A stretch of DNA of 64,000 nt from assembly GCA_002269645.1 (NCBI GenBank), contig NIVC01000257.1, positions 62,001-126,000 on the forward strand, in the 5' to 3' direction. The DNA comes from Macrostomum lignano (lineage: Eukaryota). The number at the start of each line of letters is the position of its first letter. The first letter of the stretch is position 1. The notes under the pieces are model-generated. The model was not told the origin of the DNA and did not search any database. It saw nothing but the letters and a program-made list of their open reading frames with translations. Made by a program: the position numbers and the translations under genes. This document shows, one piece after another, positions 26,301-39,820 of this stretch.

Positions 26301-26502
26301 AAAAATCATAGTTGCGTCATGTAAAAATCATAGAAGCGTCATGCAAACAATAATAGAAGCGTCATGGTAAAATCATAGAAGCGTCATGCAAACAATCATA
26401 GAAGCCTCATATAAAAACTAATGAAAGTGTCATTTAAAAAATTAAGAAGAATAATGGAAGAATAAAAGAAGCGTCATGTAAAAATCAAAAGAAGCGCCAT
26501 GT
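23396..26502. repeat. AT-rich 22-24-bp satellite (CATAGAAGCGTCATGTAAAAAAT), ~135 units
   Basis: Direct reading; the A-run length varies between units. Confidence 0.97.
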
Positions 26503-26539
26503 CAGACATGAAAGGTGTCATATAAAAATTAAATGAAGC

Positions 26540-28050
26540 TATAGTACAGTGCTGTGCTGGGGAGAATTACTGAGACGTCAAGGCTCACAAAGAATAACTG
26601 AGATTACAGGTGGGGGGGGGTTTCTGAGATGTCAAAGCAAAAGTCAGAAGCTACTTCAAAGTTCATGTACTTTACTCAATTTTTATTACATTCATTGTTG
26701 GCTCGCCACAGGGGGGCGCTGATGAAGCAGAGTCATGTAAAAAATAAAAGTAGCACTATGTATACATATAAGAAAAGTCATGTCGAAGTTAAAAGATTCA
26801 TTTGGGAATTGCTACAATGTCAAAGCTTGGTGGAAATCGTTATAGTGCTGTGATTCTTAAAGAAGGAAACACTAAAATGCCAAGGCTTAGGGGAGAAGAA
26901 TTGCTGAGATTTCAAGGCTTTAGGTTGGGTTAAAGTTAGGTTTAGGTCAGGTGTGGGTTGAGGGTTATATTTTATCGGGTTTCAAGGTTAACAGGGGATT
27001 TTTTTAGATTTCAAGATTTATGGGGGGCATCGCTGACATGTCAAGGCTTACGGGGGAATAGCTGAGATGTCAAGGCTCACGGGGGTATAAATGAGATTTC
27101 AAGGCTAAAGTCAGAAGCTACATGTAGTTTATTGAAAACTTTTTATTACATTTTTTGTTGGCTCCTCAGGGCTCACTGATAGAAAAAGCATAATGTAAAA
27201 AATAAAAGAAGCTTCATGTCGAAGCGAAGAAATTCATTTGGGAATCCCTACGAGGGAATCGCTATAACGCTGTAGTAGTGCTATAATGACTCAGAATTAC
27301 TGAAATTTCAATGCTTTAGGGTTAGGTTAGGGTTAGGGTTAGGGTTAGGGTTAGGCTAGGGTTAGGGTTAGGGTTAGGCTAGGGTTAGGGTTAGGGTTAG
27401 GCTAGGGTTAGGGTTAGAAGGTTGACAGATTTTTTTAGACTTCAAGGCTTATTTGGGGCATCGCTGAGATGTCAAGGGGGAGTTGATTTGTTAAAGCTTG
27501 TGGGGGAATTACTGACATTTCAAGGCTTACAAGGGACTTCTGAGGTATATTGCAAAGAGATGCTACATGTAGTTTATTACAAAACTTGTACTGTATTTTT
27601 GGCTCCCTAACGCTAAGATACTAAGCTAAAAAATACTACTAGCTCTTCACAAACTTATGCAGATGTCAGGCTGTAGGGTTAGTGTTAGGGTTGGTATTAG
27701 GGTTTAGGTTTAGGGTTAGGTTCAGGGTTATTGCGTTAAGATTCGGGTTAGGGTTAGGGTTAGGGTAGCTTATAACTTGGCTCATTTAGCTTATTAAAAA
27801 TGTTTATCATGGAAGCATCATGCAAAAATAATGGAAGCGTCATGCAAAAACAATGGAAGCGTCATGCCAAAAATCATAGAAGCATCGATCATGCAAAAAC
27901 TCATGGACAAAATATTGAATTTAGGGTTTTGGTTAGGGTTAGAATTTTGACAGGAGATTTTTTAAGATTTCAAGGCTACATGTAGCTTATTAAAAATACG
28001 TGTATTGCATTTCTTTGGCTCCCCAACGGGGGGCGTAGATTGCTAGTCCC
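26540..28050. repeat. Diverged ~410-470-bp higher-order repeat (~3.5-4 copies) containing TTAGGG blocks
   Basis: Landmarks recur at similar spacing: GAGATTTCAAGGCT motifs, CTACATGTAG at 27118, 27563 and 27976 (disrupted copy near 26651), and TTGGCTC about 40 nt after each. Confidence 0.75.
27316..27417 (+). repeat. Interstitial telomere-type repeat (TTAGGG)n with TTAGG/CTAGGG variants, ~17 units
   Basis: Direct reading; degenerate blocks also at about 26920-26965, 27675-27765 and 27920-27941. Confidence 0.95.
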
Positions 28051-28125
28051 ATATACTAAAAATGATTATTATCTAATCTTCATCTAACTTTGGTCAAGTG
28101 CATAACAGTGATTCCCCCTTTAATA

Positions 28126-28975
28126 GGGAGTCAGATTGGGAGAGAGTCAGATTGGGAGAGAGTCAGATTGGGGGAGAGTCAGATTGGGGGAGAGTCAGAT
28201 TGGGAGAGAGTCAGGTTAGGGGAGAGTCAGATTGGGGGAGAGTCAGATTGGGGGAGAGTCAGATTGGGAGAGTCAGATAGGGAGAGAGTCAGGTTAGGGG
28301 AGAGTCAGATTGGGGGAGAGTCAGATTGGGGGAGAGTCAGATTGGGAGAGAGTCAGGTTAGGGGAGAGTCAGATTGGGAGAGAGTCAGATTGGGGGAGAG
28401 TCAGATTGGGAGAGAGTCAGGTTAGGGGAGAGTCAGATTGGGGGAGAGTCAGATTGGGAGAGAGTCAGATTGGGGGAGAGTCAGATTGGGAGAGAGTCAG
28501 ATTGGGAGAGAGTCAGATTGGGGGAGAGTCAGATTGGGAGAGAGTCAGATTGGGAGAGAGTCAGATTGGGAGAGAGTCAGATTGGGAGAGAGTCAGATTG
28601 GGAGAGAGTCAGATTGGGAGAGAGTCAGGTTAGGGGAGAGTCAGATTGGGAGAGAGTCAGGTTAGGAGAGAGTCAGGTTAGGGGAGAGTCAGATTGGGGG
28701 AGAGTCAGATTGGGAGAGAGTCAGATTGGGAGAGAGTCAGATTGGGAGAGAGTCAGATAGGGAGAGAGTCAGGTTAGGGTAGAGTCAGACTGGGAGAGAG
28801 TCAGGTTAGGGGAGAGTCAGATAGGGAGAGAGTCAGATTGGGAGAGAGTCAGATAGGGAGAGAGTCAGGTTAGGGTAGAGTCAGACTGGGAGAGAGTCAG
28901 GTTAGGGGAGAGTCAGATAGGGAGAGAGTCAGATTGGGAGAGAGTCAGACTGGGAGAGAGTCAGGTTGGGAGAGA
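28126..28975. repeat. 16-bp minisatellite (GGGAGAGAGTCAGATT) with GGTTAGGG variants
   Basis: Direct reading. Confidence 0.96.
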
Positions 28976-30717
28976 TTAAAACAACATGCAAAGCCCATCT
29001 TGGCCAGGTCAGTTCTGAACTAAAGTGCTTCAATGATATCTAAGAGTATAGATATCCGGGTGTCTACTTAGCCCATCAGCTCCCACCAGCAGACATCCGG
29101 TATCCGGCGCTTGATGCAAAACTGACAGAGCTTTTAAGACTAGCTAGCTCCCTTTTCTTCTAAAAGCGCAAGACTTTCTGCAGCAGTTTCTAAAATCTGG
29201 CTCAGTGGAAGCGGAGCGGAGAGAGAAAGAATGATCTTGTTGCCAGGGCGATGTTGCTGCAAAGGTTGCTTCCCAAAAATTGACAAGAGAATGATGACTG
29301 TTGTGCATAGCATTAACAATGATAATATTGTATAATAAGTGGGAATATACAGGCCCATCTGTCTTTTTAGTTTCTAACTGGGTCTGGGGGAATCTGTGTA
29401 ACAATGGGGGGGGGGTTGGCAGCCGATATACGCCAGTTCCTCAAGATGATGGCAGCATATAAAAATCATAAATCTCTATTTCTGCTTCAGCCAGTGCCAG
29501 TGGGGGGTCAGGGGGCAGCATGGAAATGCTCAGCAGAAGTTACCGATGGAAGGGTTTGTACCGGCAAGCCGCAGAGAGGCACTGAGGCAGCGGGGGGGGG
29601 GGAAGTCTCAGAGACACAATGCTTCCCTTGGCGCAGGTGAAGAATGATGCACATCCGCCTTGGCCTGACCTGCGCCCCAATGCCAGCCTGTGCTGTGCCG
29701 CAGACAGAAACCACTTAGCCCTGTTCCAGCAGCATAGGGATCTGGGGGGGGGTTATGGAAGGCGGATGCGCAGTCCCCATGATCAATCACAGGGCCCGCC
29801 AGACCCTGACGGACTCCTCTGCAACTGCTGTAAGCGAGACAGTCGGTCTGGACCGATTTGTAGGACATTGCTCCCAGAGCTATCATAAAAAAGCAGAGTA
29901 CTTAAAACAGTTTTTTTTCTGGTTCCGCTACCAGTGTTTATTTTCTTTAATAAAGCCAGTTTGCGTGTGCCAGAGACTGACTACTGATTGATAGACTGTA
30001 TTTATGAAGAGAACCGCTGTGGTGGGCACACAGGCCCACCTGCTACTTGCACCTGCTGTCTTCAACAAGGTGCCAAGATTTGGCTGTTCTTCTTCTTTTT
30101 CCTCTTCTTCTTTTCCTGCATTCAGGGAAGCCATTTTCGAATACTTAAATAGCCGTCTTCGAATTTGGCTAGGCCGGGCTGGAAGAAGCAGTTGCTGCAT
30201 TCTGTGCGGGAAATTCCCCCATTGTCTTTCACTAGTAGCTTGGAGATTGCCTCCATATGCAGATGGATCTCCTCCATCGAAGATGCTCACACTAGGGGGT
30301 CTCCTGTTGCAACAGTTGCTGCTGCTCTCCCGCTGCTGCCTCTAGAAGCTTTCTGCTGGTCGCAGAAATCCGGAAGCTGCGACCCCCCCCCCCAGCGCCC
30401 GGTTTTCATCAGGCCTCCGTACGCTCAGTCCGTGGGATTGACAAGGTTGCGGCTATGGGGCCGATGAGCGGCCGAAAATGGCTGCGGAGACTGGGAGGAG
30501 GGTCACCGAAACGGCTTCATCATCCGAATGGATGCGCAAGCGGGGGGGCGGCAGGGGGTGGCAGCTGCCGCGGTTAGTCAAACACTTTCAGCTTGCTGTT
30601 GTGCGTCACTTTGTGTGTCATTTTGGCCAACGGGCACCCCAGTGCCTGGCGGTGGGAGCGATCCCCTGCGGAGCGAAGCATACAGCATCTGTGTATCTGT
30701 GTATCTATCTGTGTATC

Positions 30718-33365
<2,648 letters not shown>

Positions 33366-34171
33366 ACATTCTGCTGCAGTAGGCAGGTCAAGGTCAGCCG
33401 AGCTCGCGGGGTCAAGCTGCTGCCGCAGCACCCGGGAACTTCACCGGTGCCTCACAATCCCAGTTATCCATGCCGAAGCCGAAGGTGCCCCTCAGCTTCA
33501 AGCACCCATTGAGATTTGAAAGACTAAGTGGCGTGCATGGGAGAGAGTTATAGAGAAAAGGATAGAGTTTTTAAAGGCGCTTCGCTCTCAACTTTTCGGG
33601 TTTCTTGACCTGAATTGGTCGCTCGGACACCTCCCTCCGGCCAGTCCCTCCCCCCGGCCGTCCGTTCACGCACAGCTACACTTGCTATACAAGTTGATTG
33701 CTTTGCAGGCAAATTCTGCAGCTCGGCCAGGCAGCACTTGATCTCACCTGCTGTCCAAGGGGGGGTGCATAATTTCCTTATTCTGGCGCTGTTTCACAAC
33801 TGACTAGCGACTTACTTATTCGTGAAATTGAAAAAAATTGCTTTTAATCAATGAATTCTACGGCTGTAGCAGGAAGGCACAGATGGGGGTAGGGGCGGAG
33901 GTGCGTAGCGGCAGATATTGAAACCAATAACTACCAAAAGCAATAATTAGAAGGCGGGTCCGGGTGGAGGGGGGGGGGGGTAGGGAAAGTGAAGCTCTCT
34001 CTCGCTCTCTCTCTGCTAATCCGCGGCATTGCTTCAATTCTTTCTCCGGTCTGGAGGAGCGGATTAGGGCCACCCACAGCGATCCTTTTTAGTTCCAAGC
34101 CGAGAGCCTGTTTGGTATCATTTGCATCATCTTCATCATCAACATCGGCATCAACAGCTTCCCAACTGCCG

Positions 34172-34182
34172 CCGCCTTTCAG
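34172..34182 (+). promoter_or_regulatory. 3' splice acceptor-like site 14 nt upstream of the start codon (5'UTR intron end or trans-splice acceptor)
   Basis: ccgcctttcag|ACACACCGGGAATCATG. Confidence 0.4.
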
Positions 34183-34196
34183 ACACACCGGGAATC

Positions 34197-34913
34197 ATGC
34201 TCATCCCGGCCCTCCTCTGCCTCCTGCGCCTCGCCGTTGTCGCCGTTGAAGGCGGTGCCGCCGCCTGCCAGTTCACCGTAGTCGAGGAGGTGGAGCAGGG
34301 CGCCACGCTGGACGGGCCCAACCTGTACACCGATTGCCTCAGGCTGCGACACGCGCCGGGCGACAGCCTGACGCTCACCCAGCCGAGAGGCTTCGGCCCG
34401 GGGTGGGAGCTCGCCAGTCAGCTTGTCCTGGCCGACCCCGAAGGTCGGCTGCGTTTGAATCAACGAATCGACCGGGACAACGCCGAGATGCACTGTCCGA
34501 ACCTGCCGGAGTGCCGCAAGTCCTTCAACCTGCGGCTGGAGAACTTTGACCGGCCAAGCCCGGTCACCGTCATCCAGTTGGAGCTCGTCATCCGGGACAA
34601 AAATGACAACGCGCCAACGTTTGCTCCGCTGCACGCGCCGCTGGAGGTCACCGAGAACGTCAACGATCAGACACTGCAGCTGCCCGCCGTGACAGACCGG
34701 GACGCCGGCCTCAACGGGGCCACCCTCACTCGAATCGTGAGCATTAGCGAGCCGTCCAGGCTCAAGGTGGACCGGCTCAGTAGGGCCGACACGGCCCAGC
34801 CGCAGCTGCTGGTCGGTCCGGGGCTGGACTATGAGAAACTGCGCGGCTACAACATCACGCTGGAGGCCTGCGACAGAGCCTCACAACGGCTTTGCAACAC
34901 CACCACTGTGCAG
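34197..34913 (+). CDS. Protocadherin coding exon 1: signal peptide, EC1, most of EC2
   Basis: ATG at 34197 gives MLIPALLCLLRLAVVAVEGGAAA (hydrophobic signal-like). Cadherin motifs: IDRD, C-X5-C (CPNLPEC, 34494-34514, typical of protocadherin EC1), DKNDNAPTF, TDRDAG, LDYE. GC3-rich codons. Donor CAG|GTTGGG, phase 0. Confidence 0.93.
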
Positions 34914-34949
34914 GTTGGGGACGCCGCAATTGCCTGCTTGTAGAGCCCG

Positions 34950-35350
34950 CATCATTTCCCTCATCATTCCTGCATCATTCCTGCATCATTCCTGCATCAT
35001 TCCTGCATCATTCCTGCATCATTCCTGCATCATTCCTGCATCATTCCTGCATCATTCCTGCATCATTCCTGCATCATTCCTGCATCATTCCTGCATCATT
35101 CCTGCATCATTCCTGCATCATTCCTGCATCATTCCTGCATCATTCCTGCATCAGTCCCCTTATTATTACCCTCATCATTTCCCTTAGCATTCCCCTCAGC
35201 ATTCCCCTCATCATTCCCCTCAACATTCCCCTCAGCATTCCCCTCAACATTCCCCTCAGCATTCCCCTCATCATTCCCCTCATCATTCCCCTCAGTCAGC
35301 ATTCCCCCTCATCATTCCCCTCATCATTTCCCCCATCATTCCCCTCATCA
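34950..35350. repeat. Intron 1 array: 11-bp CATCATTCCTG, then 12-bp CATCATTCCCCT-type units
   Basis: Direct reading. Confidence 0.96.
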
Positions 35351-35398
35351 TTTCTCGACGTTCCCCTTACAACTCCCCCTCCTCCCTCCCCTCCCCAG

Positions 35399-36829
35399 AT
35401 TCGAGTCCTGGACGTGAACGACAACTTGCCGAAGTTCAGCCAGCGCGAGTACCGCCTCGGACCCGTGTCCGAGTCCGACTACAAATCTGGCCAGCGGGTG
35501 CTGGTCGACCGTCTGAAAGCCACCGACGCCGACGACGGCGAGAACGGCCGGCTGGTGTACTCCATTGTTCCTCCCGGTGGCGAGGCCTTCGACATCGGCG
35601 CTGATGGCGATCTGTTTCTTGTCGGGCCGTTGAACGCCGCCGACCAGGCCCGGATCTCCTTCGACGTCCGCGTCTCGGACAGCGGCGCCACGCCGTTGAG
35701 CGACACCGCGCGGGTGATCATCGACGTCCTTGACGTGAACGACCACGCGCCGGAGATGTCGCTGCAGGCCCGGTCGGCGGCGCCGTCCCTCCGCGAAAAC
35801 GTCGTCAACGGCCGGTTCGCCGTTCTGCGCGTCTCTGACGGCGACCTCGGCGACAACGGGCGGGTCGACTGCCGACTGGCCGAGGGCGGCGACAGATTCG
35901 TCATGCGGCTGCTCCCGACTGCCAGCGAGGCGGAGATCTACGCGCTGAACTCCACGCGGCTGTACGATCGCGAGGCACAGGCGCAGGACTCACTGACCGT
36001 CGAGTGCTGGGACCACGGCGAGCCAAGGCGCACCGTCAACAAGACCTTCGCCATTGACATCGAGGACGTCAACGAGCACGCGCCGGAGTTTCCAGACATG
36101 ATAGTCTACGATCGGCAGGTGCCCGAGCAGCTGGAGAACGAATTCGTTGCCAAGGTGACGGCCACGGACGCCGACGCCACGGCCAACATCACCTACCGGC
36201 TGGCGGATGAGTGCCTGGACAAGGGCCACTTCCAGGTGGACGCCGCCACCGGCACCATCCGCACTCTGGCGCCGTTGGACCGCGAGGCGATGACCAGCTT
36301 CGAAGGAGCTCAGCCAGTCTGCGTCCTGACGATCGAAGCCTCCGACGGCCTGCACACCAGCAGCACCCGGGTGAACGTCAAGATTGTCGACATCAACGAC
36401 AACCCGCCGCAGCTGGCCGAGCCCAGCACGCTGACCGTCAACGAGACCTTTGGCAGCCACTTCGCCGCCTTCATCCCCATCGGCCAGCTCGCCTACACGG
36501 ACCGCGACCAGCCGAACACCGACAACCACCGGACCAGCTTCCGGCTGCTCAGGACTCTGCGCAGTCCGCCTGGACTCAACCTCAACTTCACTGTGGAACC
36601 GGACGGCCGAGTCTCCGCCCGCGGCGTCCTCGACCGGGAGGCGGCGCCGCAGCACCTGCTGATGGTGGCGCTGAGGAATGTCGGCGGCCCGCCGGTGCAG
36701 GAGACCACCGCCACCGTCACCGTCCGGCTGCGCGACCTCAACGACAATCCGCCACGAATTCTGCGGCCCGCACCGAACCAGCAGTTCAACATCACCGACC
36801 AGCAGCCCGTGGGAGCCACCGTCACTCAG
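35399..36829 (+). CDS. Protocadherin coding exon 2: end of EC2, EC3-EC6, start of EC7
   Basis: Strong acceptor (ccctcccctccccag|ATT). The join TTTVQ|IRVLDVNDNLPKF restores the DxNDN linker. Repeated motifs DVNDH, DVNEH, DINDN, DLNDN, DADD, YDRE, LDRE, and NGRVDC in EC4. Donor CAG|GTTGGC, phase 0. Confidence 0.95.
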
Positions 36830-36854
36830 GTTGGCCCTCGGACCGCTCGTTTTT

Positions 36855-37590
36855 TGCAGAGAAACTTCTCATTTCTTTCCCAGAAACTTCTCATTTCCTT
36901 CTCAGAAACTTCTCATTTCCTTCTCATTTCCTTCTCAGAACTTCTCATTTCCTTCTCAGAAACTTCTCATTTCCTTCTCAGAAACTTCTGATTTCCTTCT
37001 CAGAAACTTCTGATTTCCTTCTCAGAAACTTCTCATTTCCTTCTCAGAAACTTCTCATTTCCTTCTCAGAAACTTCTCATTTCCTTCTCAGAAACTTCTC
37101 ATTTCCTTCTCAGAAACTTCTCAGAAACTTCTCAGAAACTACTCATTTCCTTCTCAGAAACTTCTCAATTCCTTCTCAGAAACTTCTCATTTCCTTCTCA
37201 GAAACTTTCTCATTTCCTTCTCAGAAAATTCTCATCTCCTTCTCATTTCCTTCTCAGAAACTTCTCATTTCCTTCTCATTTCCTTCTCAGAAACTTCTCA
37301 TTTCTTTCTCAGAAACTACTCATTTCCTTCTCAGAAACTTCTCATTTCCTTCTCAGAAAATTCTCATCTCCTTCTCATTTCCTTCTCAGAAACTTCTCAT
37401 TTCCTTCTCATTTCCTTCTCAGAAACTTCTCATTTCTTTCTCAGAAACTACTCATTTCCTTTTCAGAAACTTCTCATTTCCTTCTCAGAAACTTCTCATT
37501 TCCTTCTCAGAAACTTCTCATTTCCTTCTCAGAAACTTCTCATTTCCTTCTCAGAAAATTCTCATTTCCTTCTCAGAAACTTATCATTTC
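36855..37590. repeat. Intron 2 array: 22-bp CAGAAACTTCTCATTTCCTTCT with 11-bp subunits
   Basis: Direct reading. Confidence 0.96.
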
Positions 37591-37648
37591 TTCTCAACAT
37601 TTATTATTCATTTTTAATTTCCTCATCGCCACCAACCACCATCGGCAG

Positions 37649-38188
37649 ATCGAAGCCACCGACGCAGACGACTGCGAGCCGTCAGAATCGGCAATCGACT
37701 GCCTGCGCCGCGGCTCGCTGCACCTCCGGCTGCGTCAGCGGGTTCGCCTATTCGAAATCGACTCGGGCAGCGGCCAGCTGCGGGTGGCCAACGCACTGGC
37801 GCCCGGCCGGCACCAGCTGAGCCTGGCCGTCACGGACACCGGGGCGCCGCGGCCGCACACGGTCTGGCTGAACTTCAGCGTGCTCGTGTCGGCGGCTCGG
37901 TCGGACCGGCTGGGAGCCGGCTGGGGCTCCGGCTACAACTGGACGGTGCTGCTCATCATCGTGGTGGCCTCCAGCTTCATCACCGTGGTGCTGGTCGTGG
38001 CCATCGTGCTGTTGAACAGGCGCCAGCCCTGCTTCCTGGGATCTTCCAGCGGCAGCGGCGGCGGTGGCGGCGGCGGTGGCGGCGGCAGAGGAGGCGATCG
38101 GAGACGCCGCAGCAAAGGCGGCGGGCGCCAGGCGGAAGCGCCGGCGGCGGCAGCGGCGGCGGATCGCGGCCCACCAGCCGGCATGGAC

Positions 38189-38231
<43 letters not shown>

Positions 38232-38332
38232 CTGGAAGCTTCCCGACGGACGGCGGAGGCAGCCGGCGGCAGCTGCTGACAACTTTCGGGCACCAGCCGA
38301 CTCCGGACGGAGGAACTCTGCGCATCCGGGAG
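37649..38332 (+). CDS. Protocadherin coding exon 3: rest of EC7, TM helix, Gly-rich juxtamembrane tail with WIRS motif
   Basis: The join GATVTQ|IEATDADD restores the canonical cadherin strand. TM WTVLLIIVVASSFITVVLVVAIVLL at 37940-38014, followed by NRR. LTTFGH at 38276-38293. Donor GAG|GTGAGG, phase 0. Confidence 0.9.
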
Positions 38333-39446
38333 GTGAGGCTGGCCAACCTGTCAATGATGGGGAAGAGTTATTCATCTGGGCCGGCGGGGAGCATTTTTCT
38401 TCAGCCCAAAAATGACGGATGGGTCAGCTGAGACTGTCCGACCCCTCGCCCCCAAGTCTCCCAGTCTCTCAATCAAACCAATCGTCCACTCTGGAATGTC
38501 CTGCGTCGCGCCACCAGCCCTCCTTCTCCTCCAACTGCCCGTTCAGACATTCAAGAGACGGGCAGGCAGGAATGCCGGTCCAACTAACGGCGCCCCCGTC
38601 TCGGTCAGGGGGACCCCCGCCAGATTACGTAACTCGTCTGAGGGGTTGACTGAGGCATTTTTTCTCCCGCCCCCCCCCTCCTACTGATTCCCGGTCCACC
38701 GCCGCTGCCACCAGGGGTGGAAAGGGTTAATTACCCCCCCCCCAACGTCACCGCCCGCACAGTCAGCTTGAGACCCGTCTACTTCTTAATCCCGCTCGAT
38801 ATATTGGAATATACGTTCCCGCTGCTTGGTCTATTGTTGCCCGCTCCCCGATCTGATCAAAAACCTGAGCCGACACTGCGGCTGCTTAGTTAATCTTCTT
38901 ATTGAACAGTTGAGATGTCACTTGAGTCTTTATCGTTCGCATAAGGGAGGACTGTGTGATGCGACCTCTCCACCTGCCGCCAGCCCCCCCCTCTCACAGA
39001 TATTGAATAGCGTCCTATCATTTTTAATGATCTCTATGGCCGTTATGAGCTAGTCCGACGGCTAACGGACTCCCCCCCCCCGATGCAGTTCCAGCTTTTG
39101 CTCATCGTCATCAAACTAATTCTTTGCCCAAATACAAGTGCACGCCGAAGTAAAGTTTTCTCCCATCTCCCCAGTGTGTCAGAAAGAGCAATAAAAAATT
39201 GTGCTCCAACAGAAAGAGGAGGAAGCGGACAGAAAAGCGACAGAGGCTCTTCTTGAGTCAGGTTTTTTCTCTATTTTCACTCTTGTTCGCTGCTTCTGCC
39301 TCCCCTTCAAAGTGCCATCAGCTTAGCGCACCGTCTCCCCGGGTCAGGTCAAGTCCCCGCGGGGGCAGTTCAGGCTGCGAGGGAAGTCTCTCTTTAAAAA
39401 TATTGTTAGCCTCATCAACATTAATCCGCGTTTCGGCAACTTTCAG

Positions 39447-39719
39447 TTTTCTATTGCAGTTTTCTATTGCAGTTTTCTATTGCAGTTTTCTATTGCAGTT
39501 TTCTATTGCAGTTTTCTATTACAGTTTTCTATTGCAGTTTTCTATTGCAGTTTTCTATTGCAGTTTTCTATTGCAGTTTTCTATTGCAGTTTTCTATTGC
39601 AGTTTTCTATTGCAGTTTTCTATTGCAGTTTTCTATTGCAGTTTTCTATTGCAGTTTTCTATTGCAGTTTTCTATTGCAGTTTTCTATTGCAGTTTTCTA
39701 TTGCAGTTTTCTATTGCAG
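39447..39719. repeat. 13-bp minisatellite (TTTTCTATTGCAG) x21
   Basis: 273 bp = 21 units; one TACAG variant ends at 39524. Confidence 0.98.
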
Positions 39720-39727
39720 TATTTCAG

Positions 39728-39820
39728 TTCTGCGAGAACCAGCTGGATTTTAATCCCCAAATTCGGCAGTTTGTCACGCGGCAGCTGCCCTCTCCAGCTG
39801 CACTTGCACTGAGTCGATGA
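39728..39820 (+). CDS. Candidate alternative terminal exon (short-tail isoform, FCENQLDFNPQIRQFVTRQLPSPAALALSR*)
   Basis: Acceptor tatttcag| at 39727, phase 0 compatible with exon 3. Stop at 39818-39820 and AATAAA at 39947-39952. No homology evidence. Confidence 0.3.
   Translation, partial: FCENQLDFNPQIRQFVTRQLPSPAALALSR

Noticed and set aside
10682-27417. Chromosome-fusion or mini-chromosome signature from CCCTAA and TTAGGG blocks
   Set aside because: There is no head-to-head TTAGGG/CCCTAA junction; the left block is a 15-mer minisatellite, not a telomere tract.
34892-36991. 699-aa ORF taken as the whole gene
   Set aside because: Its N-terminus is intron-1 repeat and its C-terminus is intron-2 repeat; the spliced model restores intact cadherin motifs.
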